Origin: Escherichia coli
GTDB taxonomy: Bacteria; Pseudomonadota; Gammaproteobacteria; Enterobacterales; Enterobacteriaceae
Direction: 5' to 3' (one strand)
DNA: 45,349 nt
Assembly: GCF_003334405.1 (NCBI RefSeq)
Contig: NZ_QOWM01000023.1
Below are positions 24,816 to 37,151 of this stretch, piece by piece. Position numbers and translations under genes: made by a program. The notes beneath the pieces were generated by a model that did not search any database, had not been told where the DNA came from, and worked only from the letters and a program-made list of their open reading frames with translations. Each line of letters begins with the position of its first letter. Position 1 is the stretch's first letter.

Positions 24816-25162
24816 CACACACCCCACACCACAACGAATCCATAAATCACGTAAACCACCAGTGCAACGACAATCACCAGTTGCAGCATCAGGCGCAAAG
24901 CCAGCGGTTTAACGTAGTCGGTCAACACCTGCCACATGCCGATCCAGGCATGGATCAAGATAGAAAACAGCGCCAGCAGGGTGAACACTTTGGTGAACGC
25001 AGAGGCGAAGAAACCGATCCAGACTTCATATGTCAGCTCGCCACTGGTAGCGAAAAAACCGACCATATAAATGATGTAGAGCGTCAGGACGATAGCGGTA
25101 GCGCGAACGAGGATGAAATCATGTACGCCATTGCGTCCTAATGCGGAGGCGTTGCTTACCAT
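24815..25162 (-). CDS. sdhD: Succinate dehydrogenase membrane anchor subunit
   Basis: 115 aa hydrophobic protein, [37 protein letters not shown]. Confidence 0.95.
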
Positions 25163-25545
25163 ACGAGGACTCCTGCGAGAAGTGAAAGCACGACAGTAAT
25201 AACAAAGGAGATTTTGGCGGAGCGTTTACCCGCTTCGAATGTTTCTTCCAGATAGCCAAAATCCATCATCATGTGGCGAATACCTACGACGACGTGATAC
25301 GCCAGAGCGGTAAGGATGCCCCACATGATAAATTTGACGAAGAAGCTGCCCATAATCGCGGAAGCTTGCTCGAAACCTTCAGGGGAAGAGAGGCTGGTAC
25401 CCAGAAGCCACAGCAGGATGCCCACTGCAACAAAGGTGATCACACCGGAAACGCGATGGAGAATGGACGCTATCGCCGTGATGGGGAACCGGATGGTCTG
25501 TAGGTCCAGATTAACAGGTCTTTGTTTTTTCACATTTCTTATCAT
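25156..25545 (-). CDS. sdhC: Succinate dehydrogenase cytochrome b556 subunit
   Basis: 129 aa from [35 protein letters not shown]. The ORF track extends to 25560 from an upstream Met; overlaps sdhD by 7 nt. Confidence 0.93.
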
Positions 25546-26253
25546 GAATAACGCCCACATGCTGTTCTTATTATTCCCTGGGGACTACGGGCACAGAGGT
25601 TAACTTTCTGTTACCTGGAGACGTCGGGATTTCCTTCCTCCGGTCTGCTTGCGGGTCAGACAGCGTCCTTTCTATAACTGCGCGTCATGCAAAACACTGC
25701 TTCCAGATGCGAAAACGACACGTTACAACGCTGGGTGGCTCGGGATTGCAGGGTGTTCCGGAGACCTGGCGGCAGTATAGGCTGTTCACAAAATCATTAC
25801 AATTAACCTACATATAGTTTGTCGGGTTTTATCCTGAACAGTGATCCAGGTCACGATAACAACATTTATTTAATTTTTAATCATCTAATTTGACAATCAT
25901 TCAACAAAGTTGTTACAAACATTACCAGGAAAAGCATATAATGCGTAAAAGTTATGAAGTCGGTATTTCACCTAAGATTAACTTATGTAACAGTGTGGAA
26001 GTATTGACCAATTCATTCGGGACAGTTATTAGTGGTAGACAAGTTTAATAATTCGGATTGCTAAGTACTTGATTCGCCATTTATTCGTCATCAATGGATC
26101 CTTTACCTGCAAGCGCCCAGAGCTCTGTACCCAGGTTTTCCCCTCTTTCACAGAGCGGCGAGCCAAATAAAAAACGGGTAAAGCCAGGTTGATGTGCGAA
26201 GGCAAATTTAAGTTCCGGCAGTCTTACGCAATAAGGCGCTAAGGAGACCTTAA
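25546..26253. promoter_or_regulatory. Divergent gltA / sdhCDAB promoter region
   Basis: 708-bp non-coding, AT-rich region between divergent gltA and sdhC. Known from K-12 to carry the promoters and ArcA/CRP/Fur-type control of both operons; individual sites not resolved here. Confidence 0.6.
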
Positions 26254-27537
26254 ATGGCTGATACAAAAGCAAAACTCACCCTCAACGGGGATACAGCTGT
26301 TGAACTGGATGTGCTGAAAGGCACGCTGGGTCAAGATGTTATTGATATCCGTACTCTCGGTTCAAAAGGTGTGTTCACCTTTGACCCAGGCTTCACTTCA
26401 ACCGCATCCTGCGAATCTAAAATTACTTTTATTGATGGTGATGAAGGTATTTTGCTGCACCGCGGTTTCCCGATCGATCAGCTGGCGACCGATTCTAACT
26501 ACCTGGAAGTTTGTTACATCCTGCTGAATGGTGAAAAACCGACTCAGGAACAGTATGACGAATTTAAAACTACGGTGACCCGTCATACCATGATCCACGA
26601 GCAGATTACCCGTCTGTTCCATGCTTTCCGTCGCGACTCGCATCCAATGGCAGTCATGTGTGGTATTACCGGCGCGCTGGCGGCGTTCTATCACGACTCG
26701 CTGGATGTTAACAATCCTCGTCACCGTGAAATTGCCGCGTTCCGCCTGCTGTCGAAAATGCCGACCATGGCCGCGATGTGTTACAAGTATTCCATTGGTC
26801 AGCCATTTGTTTACCCGCGCAACGATCTCTCCTACGCCGGTAACTTCCTGAATATGATGTTCTCCACGCCGTGCGAACCGTATGAAGTTAATCCGATTCT
26901 GGAACGTGCTATGGACCGTATTCTGATCCTGCACGCTGACCATGAACAGAACGCCTCTACCTCCACCGTGCGTACCGCTGGCTCTTCGGGTGCGAACCCG
27001 TTTGCCTGTATCGCAGCAGGTATTGCTTCACTGTGGGGACCTGCGCACGGCGGTGCTAACGAAGCGGCGCTGAAAATGCTGGAAGAAATCAGCTCCGTTA
27101 AACACATTCCGGAATTTGTTCGTCGTGCGAAAGACAAAAATGATTCTTTCCGCCTGATGGGCTTCGGTCACCGCGTGTACAAAAATTACGACCCGCGCGC
27201 CACCGTAATGCGTGAAACCTGCCATGAAGTGCTGAAAGAGCTGGGCACGAAGGATGACCTGCTGGAAGTGGCTATGGAGCTGGAAAACATCGCGCTGAAC
27301 GACCCGTACTTTATCGAGAAGAAACTGTACCCGAACGTCGATTTCTACTCTGGTATCATCCTGAAAGCGATGGGTATTCCGTCTTCCATGTTCACCGTCA
27401 TTTTCGCAATGGCACGTACCGTTGGCTGGATCGCCCACTGGAGCGAAATGCACAGTGACGGTATGAAGATTGCCCGTCCGCGTCAGCTGTATACAGGATA
27501 TGAAAAACGCGACTTTAAAAGCGATATCAAGCGTTAA
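26254..27537 (+). CDS. gltA: Citrate synthase (type II)
   Basis: 427 aa, [78 protein letters not shown]. Confidence 0.97.
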   Translation: MADTKAKLTLNGDTAVELDVLKGTLGQDVIDIRTLGSKGVFTFDPGFTSTASCESKITFIDGDEGILLHRGFPIDQLATDSNYLEVCYILLNGEKPTQEQYDEFKTTVTRHTMIHEQITRLFHAFRRDSHPMAVMCGITGALAAFYHDSLDVNNPRHREIAAFRLLSKMPTMAAMCYKYSIGQPFVYPRNDLSYAGNFLNMMFSTPCEPYEVNPILERAMDRILILHADHEQNASTSTVRTAGSSGANPFACIAAGIASLWGPAHGGANEAALKMLEEISSVKHIPEFVRRAKDKNDSFRLMGFGHRVYKNYDPRATVMRETCHEVLKELGTKDDLLEVAMELENIALNDPYFIEKKLYPNVDFYSGIILKAMGIPSSMFTVIFAMARTVGWIAHWSEMHSDGMKIARPRQLYTGYEKRDFKSDIKR

Positions 27538-27565
27538 TGGTTGATTGCTAAGTTGTAAATATTTT

Positions 27566-27598
27566 AACCCGCCGTTCATATGGCGGGTTGATTTTTAT
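27566..27598 (+). terminator. Rho-independent terminator of gltA
   Basis: AACCCGCCGTTCATATGGCGGGTT hairpin followed by a T-run, 29 bp after the gltA stop. Confidence 0.7.
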
Positions 27599-27926
27599 AT
27601 GCCTAAACACAAAAAATTGTAAAAATAAAATCCATTAACAGACCTATATAGATATTTAAAAAGAATAGAACAGCTCAAATTATCAGCAACCCAATACTTT
27701 CAATTAAAAACTTCATGGTAGTCGCATTTATAACCCTATGAAAATGACGTCTATCTATACCCCCCTATATTTTATTCATCATACAACAAATTCATGATAC
27801 CAATACTTTAGTTTTGCATTTAATAAAACTAACAATATTTTTAAGCAAAACTAAAAACTAGCAATAATCAAATACGATATTCTGGCGTAGCTATACCCCT
27901 ATTCTATATCCTTAAAGGACTCTGTT

Positions 27927-28493
27927 ATGTTTAAAGGACAAAAAACATTGGCCGCACTGGCCGTATCTCTGCTGTTCACTGCACCTGTTTATGCTGCTGA
28001 TGAAGGTTCTGGCGAAATTCACTTTAAGGGGGAGGTTATTGAAGCACCTTGTGAAATTCATCCAGAAGATATTGATAAAAACATAGATCTTGGACAAGTC
28101 ACGACAACCCATATAAACCGGGAGCATCATAGCAATAAAGTGGCCGTCGACATTCGCTTGATCAACTGTGATCTGCCTGCTTCTGACAACGGTAGCGGAA
28201 TGCCGGTATCCAAAGTTGGCGTAACCTTCGATAGCACGGCTAAGACAACTGGTGCTACGCCTTTGTTGAGCAACACCAGTGCAGGCGAAGCAACTGGGGT
28301 CGGTGTACGACTGATGGACAAAAATGACGGTAACATCGTATTAGGTTCAGCCGCGCCAGATCTTGACCTGGATGCAAGCTCATCAGAACAGACGCTGAAC
28401 TTTTTCGCCTGGATGGAACAAATTGATAATGCAGTCGATGTCACGGCAGGTGAAGTAACCGCTAACGCAACCTACGTGCTGGATTATAAATAA
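27927..28493 (+). CDS. ybgD: Fimbrial major subunit-like protein YbgD
   Basis: 188 aa with signal peptide MFKGQKTLAALAVSLLFTAPVYA, a Cys pair and C-terminal beta-strand motif typical of chaperone-usher pilins. First gene of the cluster, downstream of a 389-bp AT-rich region. Confidence 0.9.
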   Translation: MFKGQKTLAALAVSLLFTAPVYAADEGSGEIHFKGEVIEAPCEIHPEDIDKNIDLGQVTTTHINREHHSNKVAVDIRLINCDLPASDNGSGMPVSKVGVTFDSTAKTTGATPLLSNTSAGEATGVGVRLMDKNDGNIVLGSAAPDLDLDASSSEQTLNFFAWMEQIDNAVDVTAGEVTANATYVLDYK

Positions 28494-28552
28494 GTATTAT
28501 TTTGGCGGCATCATCGCCGCCTTTCATAAAATATTTATCAGGTATGGACACC

Positions 28553-31000
28553 GTGAATATTTATCGACTCTCTTTTGTATCCTGCCTGGTCATGGCGATG
28601 CCTTGCGCAATGGCGGTCGAATTCAATCTGAATGTTCTCGATAAATCAATGCGCGACCGCATTGATATTTCATTATTAAAGGAAAAAGGAGTCATTGCTC
28701 CCGGTGAATATTTTGTTAGCGTTGCGGTGAATAACAACAAAATCAGTAATGGGCAAAAAATTAACTGGCAAAAAAAGGGTGACAAAACCATTCCATGCAT
28801 CAATGATTCACTGGTCGATAAATTTGGTTTAAAACCAGATATCCGTCAGTCCTTGCCACAGATAGATCGGTGTATTGATTTCAGTTCCCGACCTGAAATG
28901 CTCTTCAATTTCGATCAAGCCAATCAGCAACTGAATATTAGTATTCCGCAAGCCTGGCTGGCGTGGCACTCAGAAAACTGGGCTCCCCCCTCTACATGGA
29001 AAGAAGGTGTTGCCGGTGTCCTGATGGATTACAACTTGTTTGCCAGCAGCTACCGCCCACAGGACGGCAGCAGCAGCACTAACCTGAATGCCTACGGTAC
29101 CGCCGGAATTAACGCCGGGGCATGGCGCTTACGCAGTGATTACCAGCTTAATAAGACCGATAGCGAAGATAACCATGACCAGTCAGGCGGAATATCGCGC
29201 ACCTATCTTTTTCGTCCATTACCGCAATTAGGCTCTAAGTTAACCCTCGGCGAAACCGATTTCAGTTCCAATATTTTCGATGGTTTTTCTTATACCGGCG
29301 CGGCACTGGCGAGTGACGATCGAATGTTACCGTGGGAGCTGCGTGGCTACGCCCCACAAATTAGCGGTATTGCACAGACCAATGCCACGGTGACGATCAG
29401 TCAATCAGGCCGCGTCATTTACCAGAAAAAAGTCCCGCCAGGCCCGTTTATTATTGATGACCTCAATCAGTCTGTTCAGGGCACGCTGGATGTCAAAGTG
29501 ACGGAAGAAGATGGTCGGGTGAACAATTTCCAGGTTTCGGCAGCATCGACGCCCTTCCTGACTCGCCAGGGACAGGTTCGCTATAAATTGGCCGCGGGTC
29601 AGCCACGGCCTTCCATGTCACATCAAACTGAAAATGAAACCTTTTTTAGCAATGAAGTTTCCTGGGGGATGCTCTCAAACACCTCGCTGTACGGCGGCCT
29701 GCTGATTTCTGATGATGACTACCATTCTGCCGCAATGGGTATCGGGCAAAATATGCTGTGGCTTGGCGCACTGTCCTTTGATGTCACCTGGGCCAGTAGC
29801 CATTTTGATACTCAGCAGGACGAGCGGGGCTTAAGCTACCGTTTTAATTACAGCAAACAAGTGGATGCCACCAACAGCACGATTTCGCTCGCCGCTTATC
29901 GCTTCTCAGATCGTCATTTTCACAGCTACGCCAACTATCTGGATCACAAATACAACGACAGCGATGCGCAGGACGAAAAACAGACGATCAGCTTATCCGT
30001 GGGCCAACCGATTACCCCACTAAACCTCAATCTTTACGCCAACCTGCTACATCAAACCTGGTGGAATGCAGACGCCTCCACGACCGCCAACATCACAGCA
30101 GGTTTTAATGTTGATATTGGTGACTGGAGAGATATCTCGATTTCGACGTCATTCAATACGACCCACTACGAAGATAAAGATCGCGACAACCAGATTTATC
30201 TGTCGATTTCGCTCCCCTTCGGTAACGGTGGTCGGGTTGGCTATGACATGCAAAACAGTAGCCACAGCACCATACACCGCATGTCGTGGAACGATACGCT
30301 GGATGAACGTAATAGCTGGGGCATGTCTGCCGGACTGCAATCCGATCGTCCGGACAATGGAGCCCAGGTGAGCGGTAACTATCAGCACCTGAGTTCAGCG
30401 GGTGAGTGGGATATTTCTGGTACCTATGCCGCCAGTGATTACAGTTCCGTCAGCAGCAGCTGGAGCGGTTCTTTCACCGCAACCCAATATGGTGCAGCAT
30501 TTCATCGCCGCAGCTCCACCAATGAACCACGCCTGATGGTCAGCACCGATGGCGTGGCAGATATTCCGGTTCAGGGCAATCTCGACTACACCAACCATTT
30601 TGGCATTGCGGTGGTGCCGTTGATTTCCAGTTACCAGCCTTCCACCGTGGCGGTGAACATGAATGACTTACCCGACGGCGTAACAGTTGCAGAAAACGTC
30701 ATCAAGGAAACATGGATTGAAGGCGCGATAGGTTACAAATCACTGGCTTCCCGTTCCGGTAAAGACGTTAACGTCATCATACGCAACGCCAGCGGTCAGT
30801 TCCCTCCCCTCGGTGCGGATATCCGCCAGGATGACAGCGGCATTAGCGTGGGTATGGTTGGCGAGGAAGGACATGCCTGGTTAAGCGGTGTCGCTGAAAA
30901 TCAACTGTTTACCGTGGTCTGGGGTGAGCAAAGCTGCATTATTCATCTGCCAGAACGTCTGGAAGACACGACCAAACGCCTGATTTTACCTTGTCATTAA
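28553..31000 (+). CDS. ybgQ: Fimbrial outer-membrane usher YbgQ
   Basis: About 815 aa PapC/FimD-type usher. Start taken at GTG 28553 to match the length I recall for K-12; in-frame ATGs at 28544 and 28502 are alternatives. Confidence 0.85.
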   Translation: MNIYRLSFVSCLVMAMPCAMAVEFNLNVLDKSMRDRIDISLLKEKGVIAPGEYFVSVAVNNNKISNGQKINWQKKGDKTIPCINDSLVDKFGLKPDIRQSLPQIDRCIDFSSRPEMLFNFDQANQQLNISIPQAWLAWHSENWAPPSTWKEGVAGVLMDYNLFASSYRPQDGSSSTNLNAYGTAGINAGAWRLRSDYQLNKTDSEDNHDQSGGISRTYLFRPLPQLGSKLTLGETDFSSNIFDGFSYTGAALASDDRMLPWELRGYAPQISGIAQTNATVTISQSGRVIYQKKVPPGPFIIDDLNQSVQGTLDVKVTEEDGRVNNFQVSAASTPFLTRQGQVRYKLAAGQPRPSMSHQTENETFFSNEVSWGMLSNTSLYGGLLISDDDYHSAAMGIGQNMLWLGALSFDVTWASSHFDTQQDERGLSYRFNYSKQVDATNSTISLAAYRFSDRHFHSYANYLDHKYNDSDAQDEKQTISLSVGQPITPLNLNLYANLLHQTWWNADASTTANITAGFNVDIGDWRDISISTSFNTTHYEDKDRDNQIYLSISLPFGNGGRVGYDMQNSSHSTIHRMSWNDTLDERNSWGMSAGLQSDRPDNGAQVSGNYQHLSSAGEWDISGTYAASDYSSVSSSWSGSFTATQYGAAFHRRSSTNEPRLMVSTDGVADIPVQGNLDYTNHFGIAVVPLISSYQPSTVAVNMNDLPDGVTVAENVIKETWIEGAIGYKSLASRSGKDVNVIIRNASGQFPPLGADIRQDDSGISVGMVGEEGHAWLSGVAENQLFTVVWGEQSCIIHLPERLEDTTKRLILPCH

Positions 31001-31014
31001 TTAAGGAAAAGAGA

Positions 31015-31743
31015 ATGACATTTATTAAAGGATTACCCTTAATGTTGTTAACCATCAGCTTGGGTTGCAATGCTGCGGTGCAACCCGATCGCACACGCAT
31101 TGTGTTTAACGCCAATGACAAAGCCACCAGCCTGCGTATCGAAAACCAAAGTGACAAACTGCCTTATCTTGCTTATTCCTGGATAGAAAATGAAAAAGGG
31201 GAGAAAAGCGATGCTCTTCTGGTCGCTTTGCCCCCTATTCAACGTCTGGAACCGAAAGCGACATCGCAGGTGCGGGTTGTGAAACAAGCCTCAACCACAC
31301 AATTACCTGGCGATCGCGAAACGCTATTTTTCTACAATATGCGCGAAATTCCTCCCGCTCCGGATAAAAGCAGCGACCATGCGATACTTCAGGTCGCTAT
31401 TCAAAGTCGTATTAAATTGTTCTGGCGACCGGCTGCATTACGCAAGAAAGCAGGAGAAAAGGTCGAACTGCAGTTACAGGTCAGCCAGCAGGGCAACCAA
31501 CTGACACTGAAAAATCCTACCGCGTATTATCTGACCATTGCCTATCTGGGGAGAAATGAAAAAGGCGTTCTCCCAGGCTTCAAAACCGTGATGGTTGCAC
31601 CTTTTAGTACGGTCAACACAAACACCGGAAGTTATAGCGGCAGCCAGTTTTATCTCGGTTACATGGATGATTACGGCGCATTACGCATGACGACGCTCAA
31701 CTGCAGCGGACAATGCCGTTTACAAGCAGTGGAGGCGAAATGA
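31015..31743 (+). CDS. ybgP: Fimbrial periplasmic chaperone YbgP (PapD-like)
   Basis: 242 aa from [36 protein letters not shown]. The ORF track starts 8 codons earlier at 30991. Confidence 0.88.
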   Translation: MTFIKGLPLMLLTISLGCNAAVQPDRTRIVFNANDKATSLRIENQSDKLPYLAYSWIENEKGEKSDALLVALPPIQRLEPKATSQVRVVKQASTTQLPGDRETLFFYNMREIPPAPDKSSDHAILQVAIQSRIKLFWRPAALRKKAGEKVELQLQVSQQGNQLTLKNPTAYYLTIAYLGRNEKGVLPGFKTVMVAPFSTVNTNTGSYSGSQFYLGYMDDYGALRMTTLNCSGQCRLQAVEAK

Positions 31744-32801
31744 GTGCTGGCAAGGGATTGTTGCTCGTCATCTGCCTGTTATTTCTGCCGTTGAAGTCTG
31801 CAATGGCGCTGAACTGCTATTTTGGTACATCTGGTGGCGCAGTAGAAAAATCAGAAGCGATTCAACCGTTTGCTGTACCAGGCAATGCCAAACCCGGTGA
31901 TAAGATCTGGGAATCTGACGATATTAAAATTCCCGTCTATTGTGACAACAATACCAACGGCAACTTTGAAAGCGAGCATGTCTACGCCTGGGTAAACCCC
32001 TATCCGGGGGTGCAGGATCGTTATTATCAACTCGGCGTGACATACAACGGTGTCGATTACGATGCCAGTCTGGGAAAAAGTCGCATCGACACTAACCAGT
32101 GTATCGACAGTAAGAACATTGATATTTATACCCCTGAGCAGATCATCGCGATGGGATGGCAGAACAAAATTTGCTCGGGCGATCCCGCTAATATTCATAT
32201 GTCGCGTACCTTTCTCGCTCGCATGCGGTTATACGTCAAAATACGAGAAATGCCGCCGCATGATTATCAAAGTACGCTTAGCGACTATATCGTCGTGCAA
32301 TTTGACGGTGCCGGTAGCGTTAACGAAGACCCTACTGCCCAAAACCTGAAATATCATATTACTGGTCTGGAAAACATTCGCGTGCTGGATTGCAGCGTCA
32401 ATTTTTCCATTTCACCGGAAACACAGGTGATTGATTTTGGTAAATTTAATTTGCTGGATATACGTCGCCACACAATGTCGAAAACGTTCAGTATTAAAAC
32501 GACCAAGAGCCAAAACGATCAATGCACCGACGGATTTAAAGTCAGTTCCTCCTTTTATACCGAAGAAACGTTGGTTGAAGAAGATAAAGCATTGTTGATT
32601 GGTAATGGTCTGAAGCTACGTTTACTGGATGAAAACGCCTCGCCTTATACCTTCAATAAATATGCTGAATACGCCGATTTCACCAGTGACATGTTGGTCT
32701 ACGAAAAAACCTATACGGCTGAACTTTCGTCCATTCCAGGCACCCCCATCGAGGCTGGCCCCTTCGATACAGTGGTGCTTTTTAAGATTAACTATAACTG
32801 A
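31740..32801 (+). CDS. ybgO: Fimbrial adhesin-like protein YbgO
   Basis: 353 aa from [23 protein letters not shown] (signal peptide). Start overlaps the ybgP stop (ATGA). Last gene of the chaperone-usher operon, so a putative tip adhesin. Confidence 0.85.
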   Translation: MSAGKGLLLVICLLFLPLKSAMALNCYFGTSGGAVEKSEAIQPFAVPGNAKPGDKIWESDDIKIPVYCDNNTNGNFESEHVYAWVNPYPGVQDRYYQLGVTYNGVDYDASLGKSRIDTNQCIDSKNIDIYTPEQIIAMGWQNKICSGDPANIHMSRTFLARMRLYVKIREMPPHDYQSTLSDYIVVQFDGAGSVNEDPTAQNLKYHITGLENIRVLDCSVNFSISPETQVIDFGKFNLLDIRRHTMSKTFSIKTTKSQNDQCTDGFKVSSSFYTEETLVEEDKALLIGNGLKLRLLDENASPYTFNKYAEYADFTSDMLVYEKTYTAELSSIPGTPIEAGPFDTVVLFKINYN

Positions 32802-32952
32802 TTTACCATGATGCCCTTTGCCGCCGGAAAGGGCATCTCTTTCAGAAAATTGCTGATTTTCCCCTTTTCCTTGATTGCTGTTATTTTTTCCTGGCCCAGC
32901 TTTCTTTATGCTGTATCGATACACCAAAGAGAAAATAATGAGGGAGCGAAGG

Positions 32953-33999
32953 ATGCCAGTTTTGCAGTGGGGAATGTTATGTGTGCTATCACTTCTCCTT
33001 TCTATTGGTTTCCTCGCGGTACATCTCCCGGCGGCGCTATTACTTGGGCCGATGATCGCCGGGATCATCTTTAGTATGCGCGGAATTACTCTGCAACTTC
33101 CCCGCTCTGCTTTTCTCGCCGCCCAGGCCATTCTTGGCTGCATGATTGCGCAAAACCTCACTGGTTCGATTCTCACCACCCTGGCCGTCAACTGGCCGAT
33201 CGTGCTTGCAATTTTACTGGTAACGCTGCTTTCCAGCGCCATTGTGGGTTGGTTATTGGTGCGCTATAGCTCATTGCCTGGAAATACCGGTGCCTGGGGC
33301 TCCTCTCCTGGCGGCGCGGCGGCAATGGTCGCTATGGCGCAAGATTACGGCGCAGATATTCGCCTGGTGGCGTTTATGCAATATCTGCGAGTGCTGTTCG
33401 TCGCGGGGGCCGCTGTTCTGGTCACCCGCATGATGCTGGGCGATAACGCTGAAGCGGTTAACCAGCATATCGTCTGGTTCCCGCCAGTGAGCATTAATCT
33501 CCTGCTTACTATTTTGCTCGCGGTCGTTGCCGGTACAGTGGGATGCCTGCTGCGTCTTCCTTCCGGCACGATGCTCATCCCGATGCTGGCGGGCGCAGTG
33601 CTCCAGTCTGGTCAGCTCATCACCATCGAACTACCGGAATGGCTGCTGGCGATGGCGTATATGGCAATTGGCTGGCGGATTGGTCTTGGTTTCGATAAAC
33701 AAATCTTACTGCGGGCACTACGCCCGCTACCGCAAATCCTGCTGTCGATTTTTGCTCTGCTGGCTATTTGTGCGGGTATGGCGTGGGGGCTGACCCGGTT
33801 TATGCACATTGATTTTATGACTGCCTACCTCGCCACCAGCCCCGGCGGGCTTGATACCGTGGCGGTCATCGCCGCAGGGAGCAATGCCGATATGGCGCTC
33901 ATTATGGCGATGCAAACCCTACGCCTGTTCAGTATTTTGCTGACAGGGCCTGCCATTGCGCGGTTTATTTCAACCTATGCGCCGAAGCGGTCGGCCTAG
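32953..33999 (+). CDS. abrB: AbrB-family putative membrane transporter (regulator of aidB expression)
   Basis: 348 aa polytopic membrane protein from [26 protein letters not shown]. The ORF track extends 26 codons upstream to 32875. Confidence 0.85.
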
Positions 34000-34787
34000 T
34001 GCTGGCAGCCAGGGCACCAGTAAAACGGGCGAGATGACAGCGTGGTTTTCTCAATGATGCTGCCACAACGTTCGCACGGTTCGCCATCTCGATGAAAAAC
34101 CTTAAAGCGAAACAGCGCCCCATGATGCTTATTCTCATCCACCTGCCCCCGCGTAGCGTAGGAAAATCGAGGAATCTCCAGTAACGCGTGTGCGAGTGCA
34201 TCCAGTTGCGCCGCATTGAGATCTTTCGCTTTATGATTTCCAGTCAACCCAACCTGCCAGAGGATCTCCACCCGCAAATAATTGCCAAGCCCAGCCAGAA
34301 ACGCCTGATCGAGCAGTAATCCAGCAAACTGACGGTTACGAAAGCGCGGCGACAATAATCGTTCTTTCACCACCTCCGGCGTCAGATTCGGATCCAGCAC
34401 ATCGGGACCAACGCGTTGTAAAAACGGATGCGTGGTCAGTTGTTCCGGGGTCAACATCTCAATATCCGAGGCGCTATAAAGCAGAATGGTTTTGTCAGCC
34501 GTTTGCAGTTTTACCCGCAATACTCGCGTGGTCTGCGGCTCTTCGCCGGTATCAACCACGCGCCAGACGCCGTAAAGCTGATTATGGCTGTAGAGCGTTA
34601 AGTCGTTGGAAAAATGAGTTAACAACGCCTTACCACGCGTTTCCACATGGGTAACGTGTTGACCGATAAGTTGTGATTGATAAGGTTTTAACTGCGGGAA
34701 GGCAAACCAGACATCAGTTAGTGGTTTGCCTTTGATCGCCGCCTCCAGGTTATCCGCTGCACGGCGGATCTCCGGGCCTTCAGGCAT
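33996..34787 (-). CDS. nei: Endonuclease VIII (Fpg/Nei-family DNA glycosylase)
   Basis: 263 aa, [21 protein letters not shown] (catalytic N-terminal Pro), C-terminal zinc finger [24 protein letters not shown]. Confidence 0.96.
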
Positions 34788-34822
34788 GGTGATATCCTTT
34801 TTTCATTCTTTATTAATCGGGG

Positions 34823-35557
34823 TTATGCTGCGACAACAATCCCCTTTTCGGCAAATGCAGAGCGTAGTCGGCGGGCGAACGCCAGTGCGTGCTCGCCGTC
34901 GCCATGCAGGCAGACCGTTTGCGCCGCGACCGTTGCCCATTCGCCGGTGATACTTTTGACTCTGCCGTGTTGCACCATCTCCAGCGTTTGCGCCAGCGCC
35001 TGTTCTTCGTTTTCAATCAACGCGCCTGACTGGCTTCGCGGCACCAGCGAGCCGTCAGCCTGATAACCGCGATCGGCAAACACTTCCTCGCGCGTTGTCA
35101 GACCATATTGCTTGCCTGCACGAATCAGCTCGCTTCCCGCCAGCCCGACGAGAATCAATGCTGGATCGCAAGCGTATACCGCTCTGGCGATGGCGTCTGC
35201 CAGTTGTGCTTCTTTCGCCGCCTGGTTGTACAACATGCCGTGCGGTTTGACATGACGCATTACGCCGCCTTGCGCACGGGCAATCGTTGCCAGCGCGCCA
35301 ATTTGATACAGCGTCTGGGCGTAAACGGTTTCTGGCGGCAGCTGCATGGCGCTGCGACCAAAATTTTCCCTGTCGGGAAAACTCGGGTGAGCGCCAATCG
35401 CGACACCATTTTTTATTGCTTCACGCACGCAAGCCTGCATGATTTGCGCATCGCCTGCATGAAATCCACAGGCAATATTGGCAGAGGAAACCAGCGTTAA
35501 TAGCTCTGCGTCGCTGGCGCAGCCTTCGCCCAGATCGGCGTTCAGGTCAATTTTCAT
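34823..35557 (-). CDS. pxpA: 5-oxoprolinase subunit A (LamB/YcsF family)
   Basis: 244 aa, [36 protein letters not shown]. Confidence 0.93.
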
Positions 35558-36479
35558 TGTGCAGCCGCCACGCTAATTGTTCAAAATAACGTTGCTGATC
35601 TTGCCGTGCTTTTAGTGCCTCTTCCAGTGAACACTGGACAAAATGAATCGGCTGACCGAGCGGAATTTGCGCCAGATGGTACATATCAGCCTCAATGATA
35701 CAGGCAATACGCGGGTAACCACCGGTGGTCTGTGCGTCGTTCATCAACACAATCGGCTGCCCGTTATGTGGCACCTGCACCACGCCCGGTAACAAACCGT
35801 GAGATAACAGTTCGCGATCGGTGGTGCGTTTTAAAATTTGCCCCTGTAAGCGATAGCCCATGCGGTTACTTTGCGAGCTAAGCTGCCAGGGCGAACGCCA
35901 GAATGCATCCTGCGAGGCGCGATCGAACTCATGATATTCCGGCCCCGGCAAGGCGCGAATGCGGTTGCCCCACAGCAGCTGTTTAACGCCCTGCGCTTCC
36001 ATAGAATCACGCTTCGATTTGCCAATCGGGAGTCGGTCACCATCCTTCAGTAAACGGCCTTCCAGCCCGCCAATCCCCACTTTGAGATCGGTGCTGCATG
36101 AGCCCATTACCGGCGGAACATCAATACCACCCGCGACCGCCAGATAACTGCGCATCCCGTGCTGCGGGCGTTTAAGCGTTAAACGCTGGCCTGCTTTCAT
36201 CGGCAATCGCCAGCCGGTCCAGACGGCATTATCATCCAGCCGCGCTTCGCAACCGGCACCCGTCAGAGCAAACCACCCATCAGTTTCGAACTCAACAGTT
36301 AACTGACCGAGCGTGATCTCCAGCGCGGGGGCATTGGCGTCATTACCCACCAGTAGGTTAGCAATGCGTAACGCGGGCATATCCAGTGCGCCGCAGTGGC
36401 TGATACCCGACTGGCGAAAACCGTGACGACCGCCATCCTGCACAGTGGTATACATGCCCGCACGAATAATCTTCAGCAT
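35547..36479 (-). CDS. pxpC: 5-oxoprolinase subunit C (allophanate hydrolase subunit 2-like)
   Basis: 310 aa, [33 protein letters not shown]; overlaps pxpA and pxpB. Confidence 0.92.
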
Positions 36480-37129
36480 ACTCCCTCCTTCTGCGGTACA
36501 AAGCGCACGCTGTCTCCCGGACGTAATAAGATGGGTTCGTCACGCGCCGGATCAAACAGGCTGAGTGAGGTATGACCAATCAACTGCCAGCCACCCGGCG
36601 TTGCCAGCGGATAAACACCAGTCTGCGGCCCGCCGATCCCGACAGAACCTGCCGGAACGAGTAAGCGCGGTTCAGCGCGCCGTGGCGTGTGTAGTTGTTC
36701 CGGCAAACTCCCGAGATACGGGAAGCCCGGTTGAAAACCTAAAAACCAGACCACGTATTCCACGGAGGAGTGCAATTCAACAACCTGTTTTTCGCTCAAC
36801 CCGCAATGCGCCGCGACCACCGCCAAATCCGGTCCGCCTGCACCACCGTAAACCACCGGAATTTCAATAAAGCGAGACTCCGGCTCCAGCGCCTCGCTCT
36901 CCTCCCACCAGCGTTGCAAACGCTCTATGGCATCCAGCGCCAGCGACTCAGGATTACGCAAAATCACCGTGATATTGTTCATGCCGGGAATGGCTTCAAC
37001 CACATTCGGCATATCCACCAGACGCTGCGCCAGTCGCCAGATCCGTTTCTGGCTAGCCAGCGTCACCGGCGGTTCCAGTTCCAGCACTACCGCCGTTTCA
37101 CCTATCAGATAACAACGCGCTCGTTGCAC
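36473..37129 (-). CDS. pxpB: 5-oxoprolinase subunit B (allophanate hydrolase subunit 1-like)
   Basis: 218 aa, [31 protein letters not shown]. Confidence 0.92.
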
Positions 37130-37151
37130 TTTCGATCCCTCTGATTATTCG

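Noticed and set aside
32622-33242. 206-aa minus-strand ORF antisense to abrB and the ybgO 3' end.
   Set aside because: Embedded in the abrB membrane-protein gene; the translation has no recognisable features, and no gene is expected here in the K-12 order.
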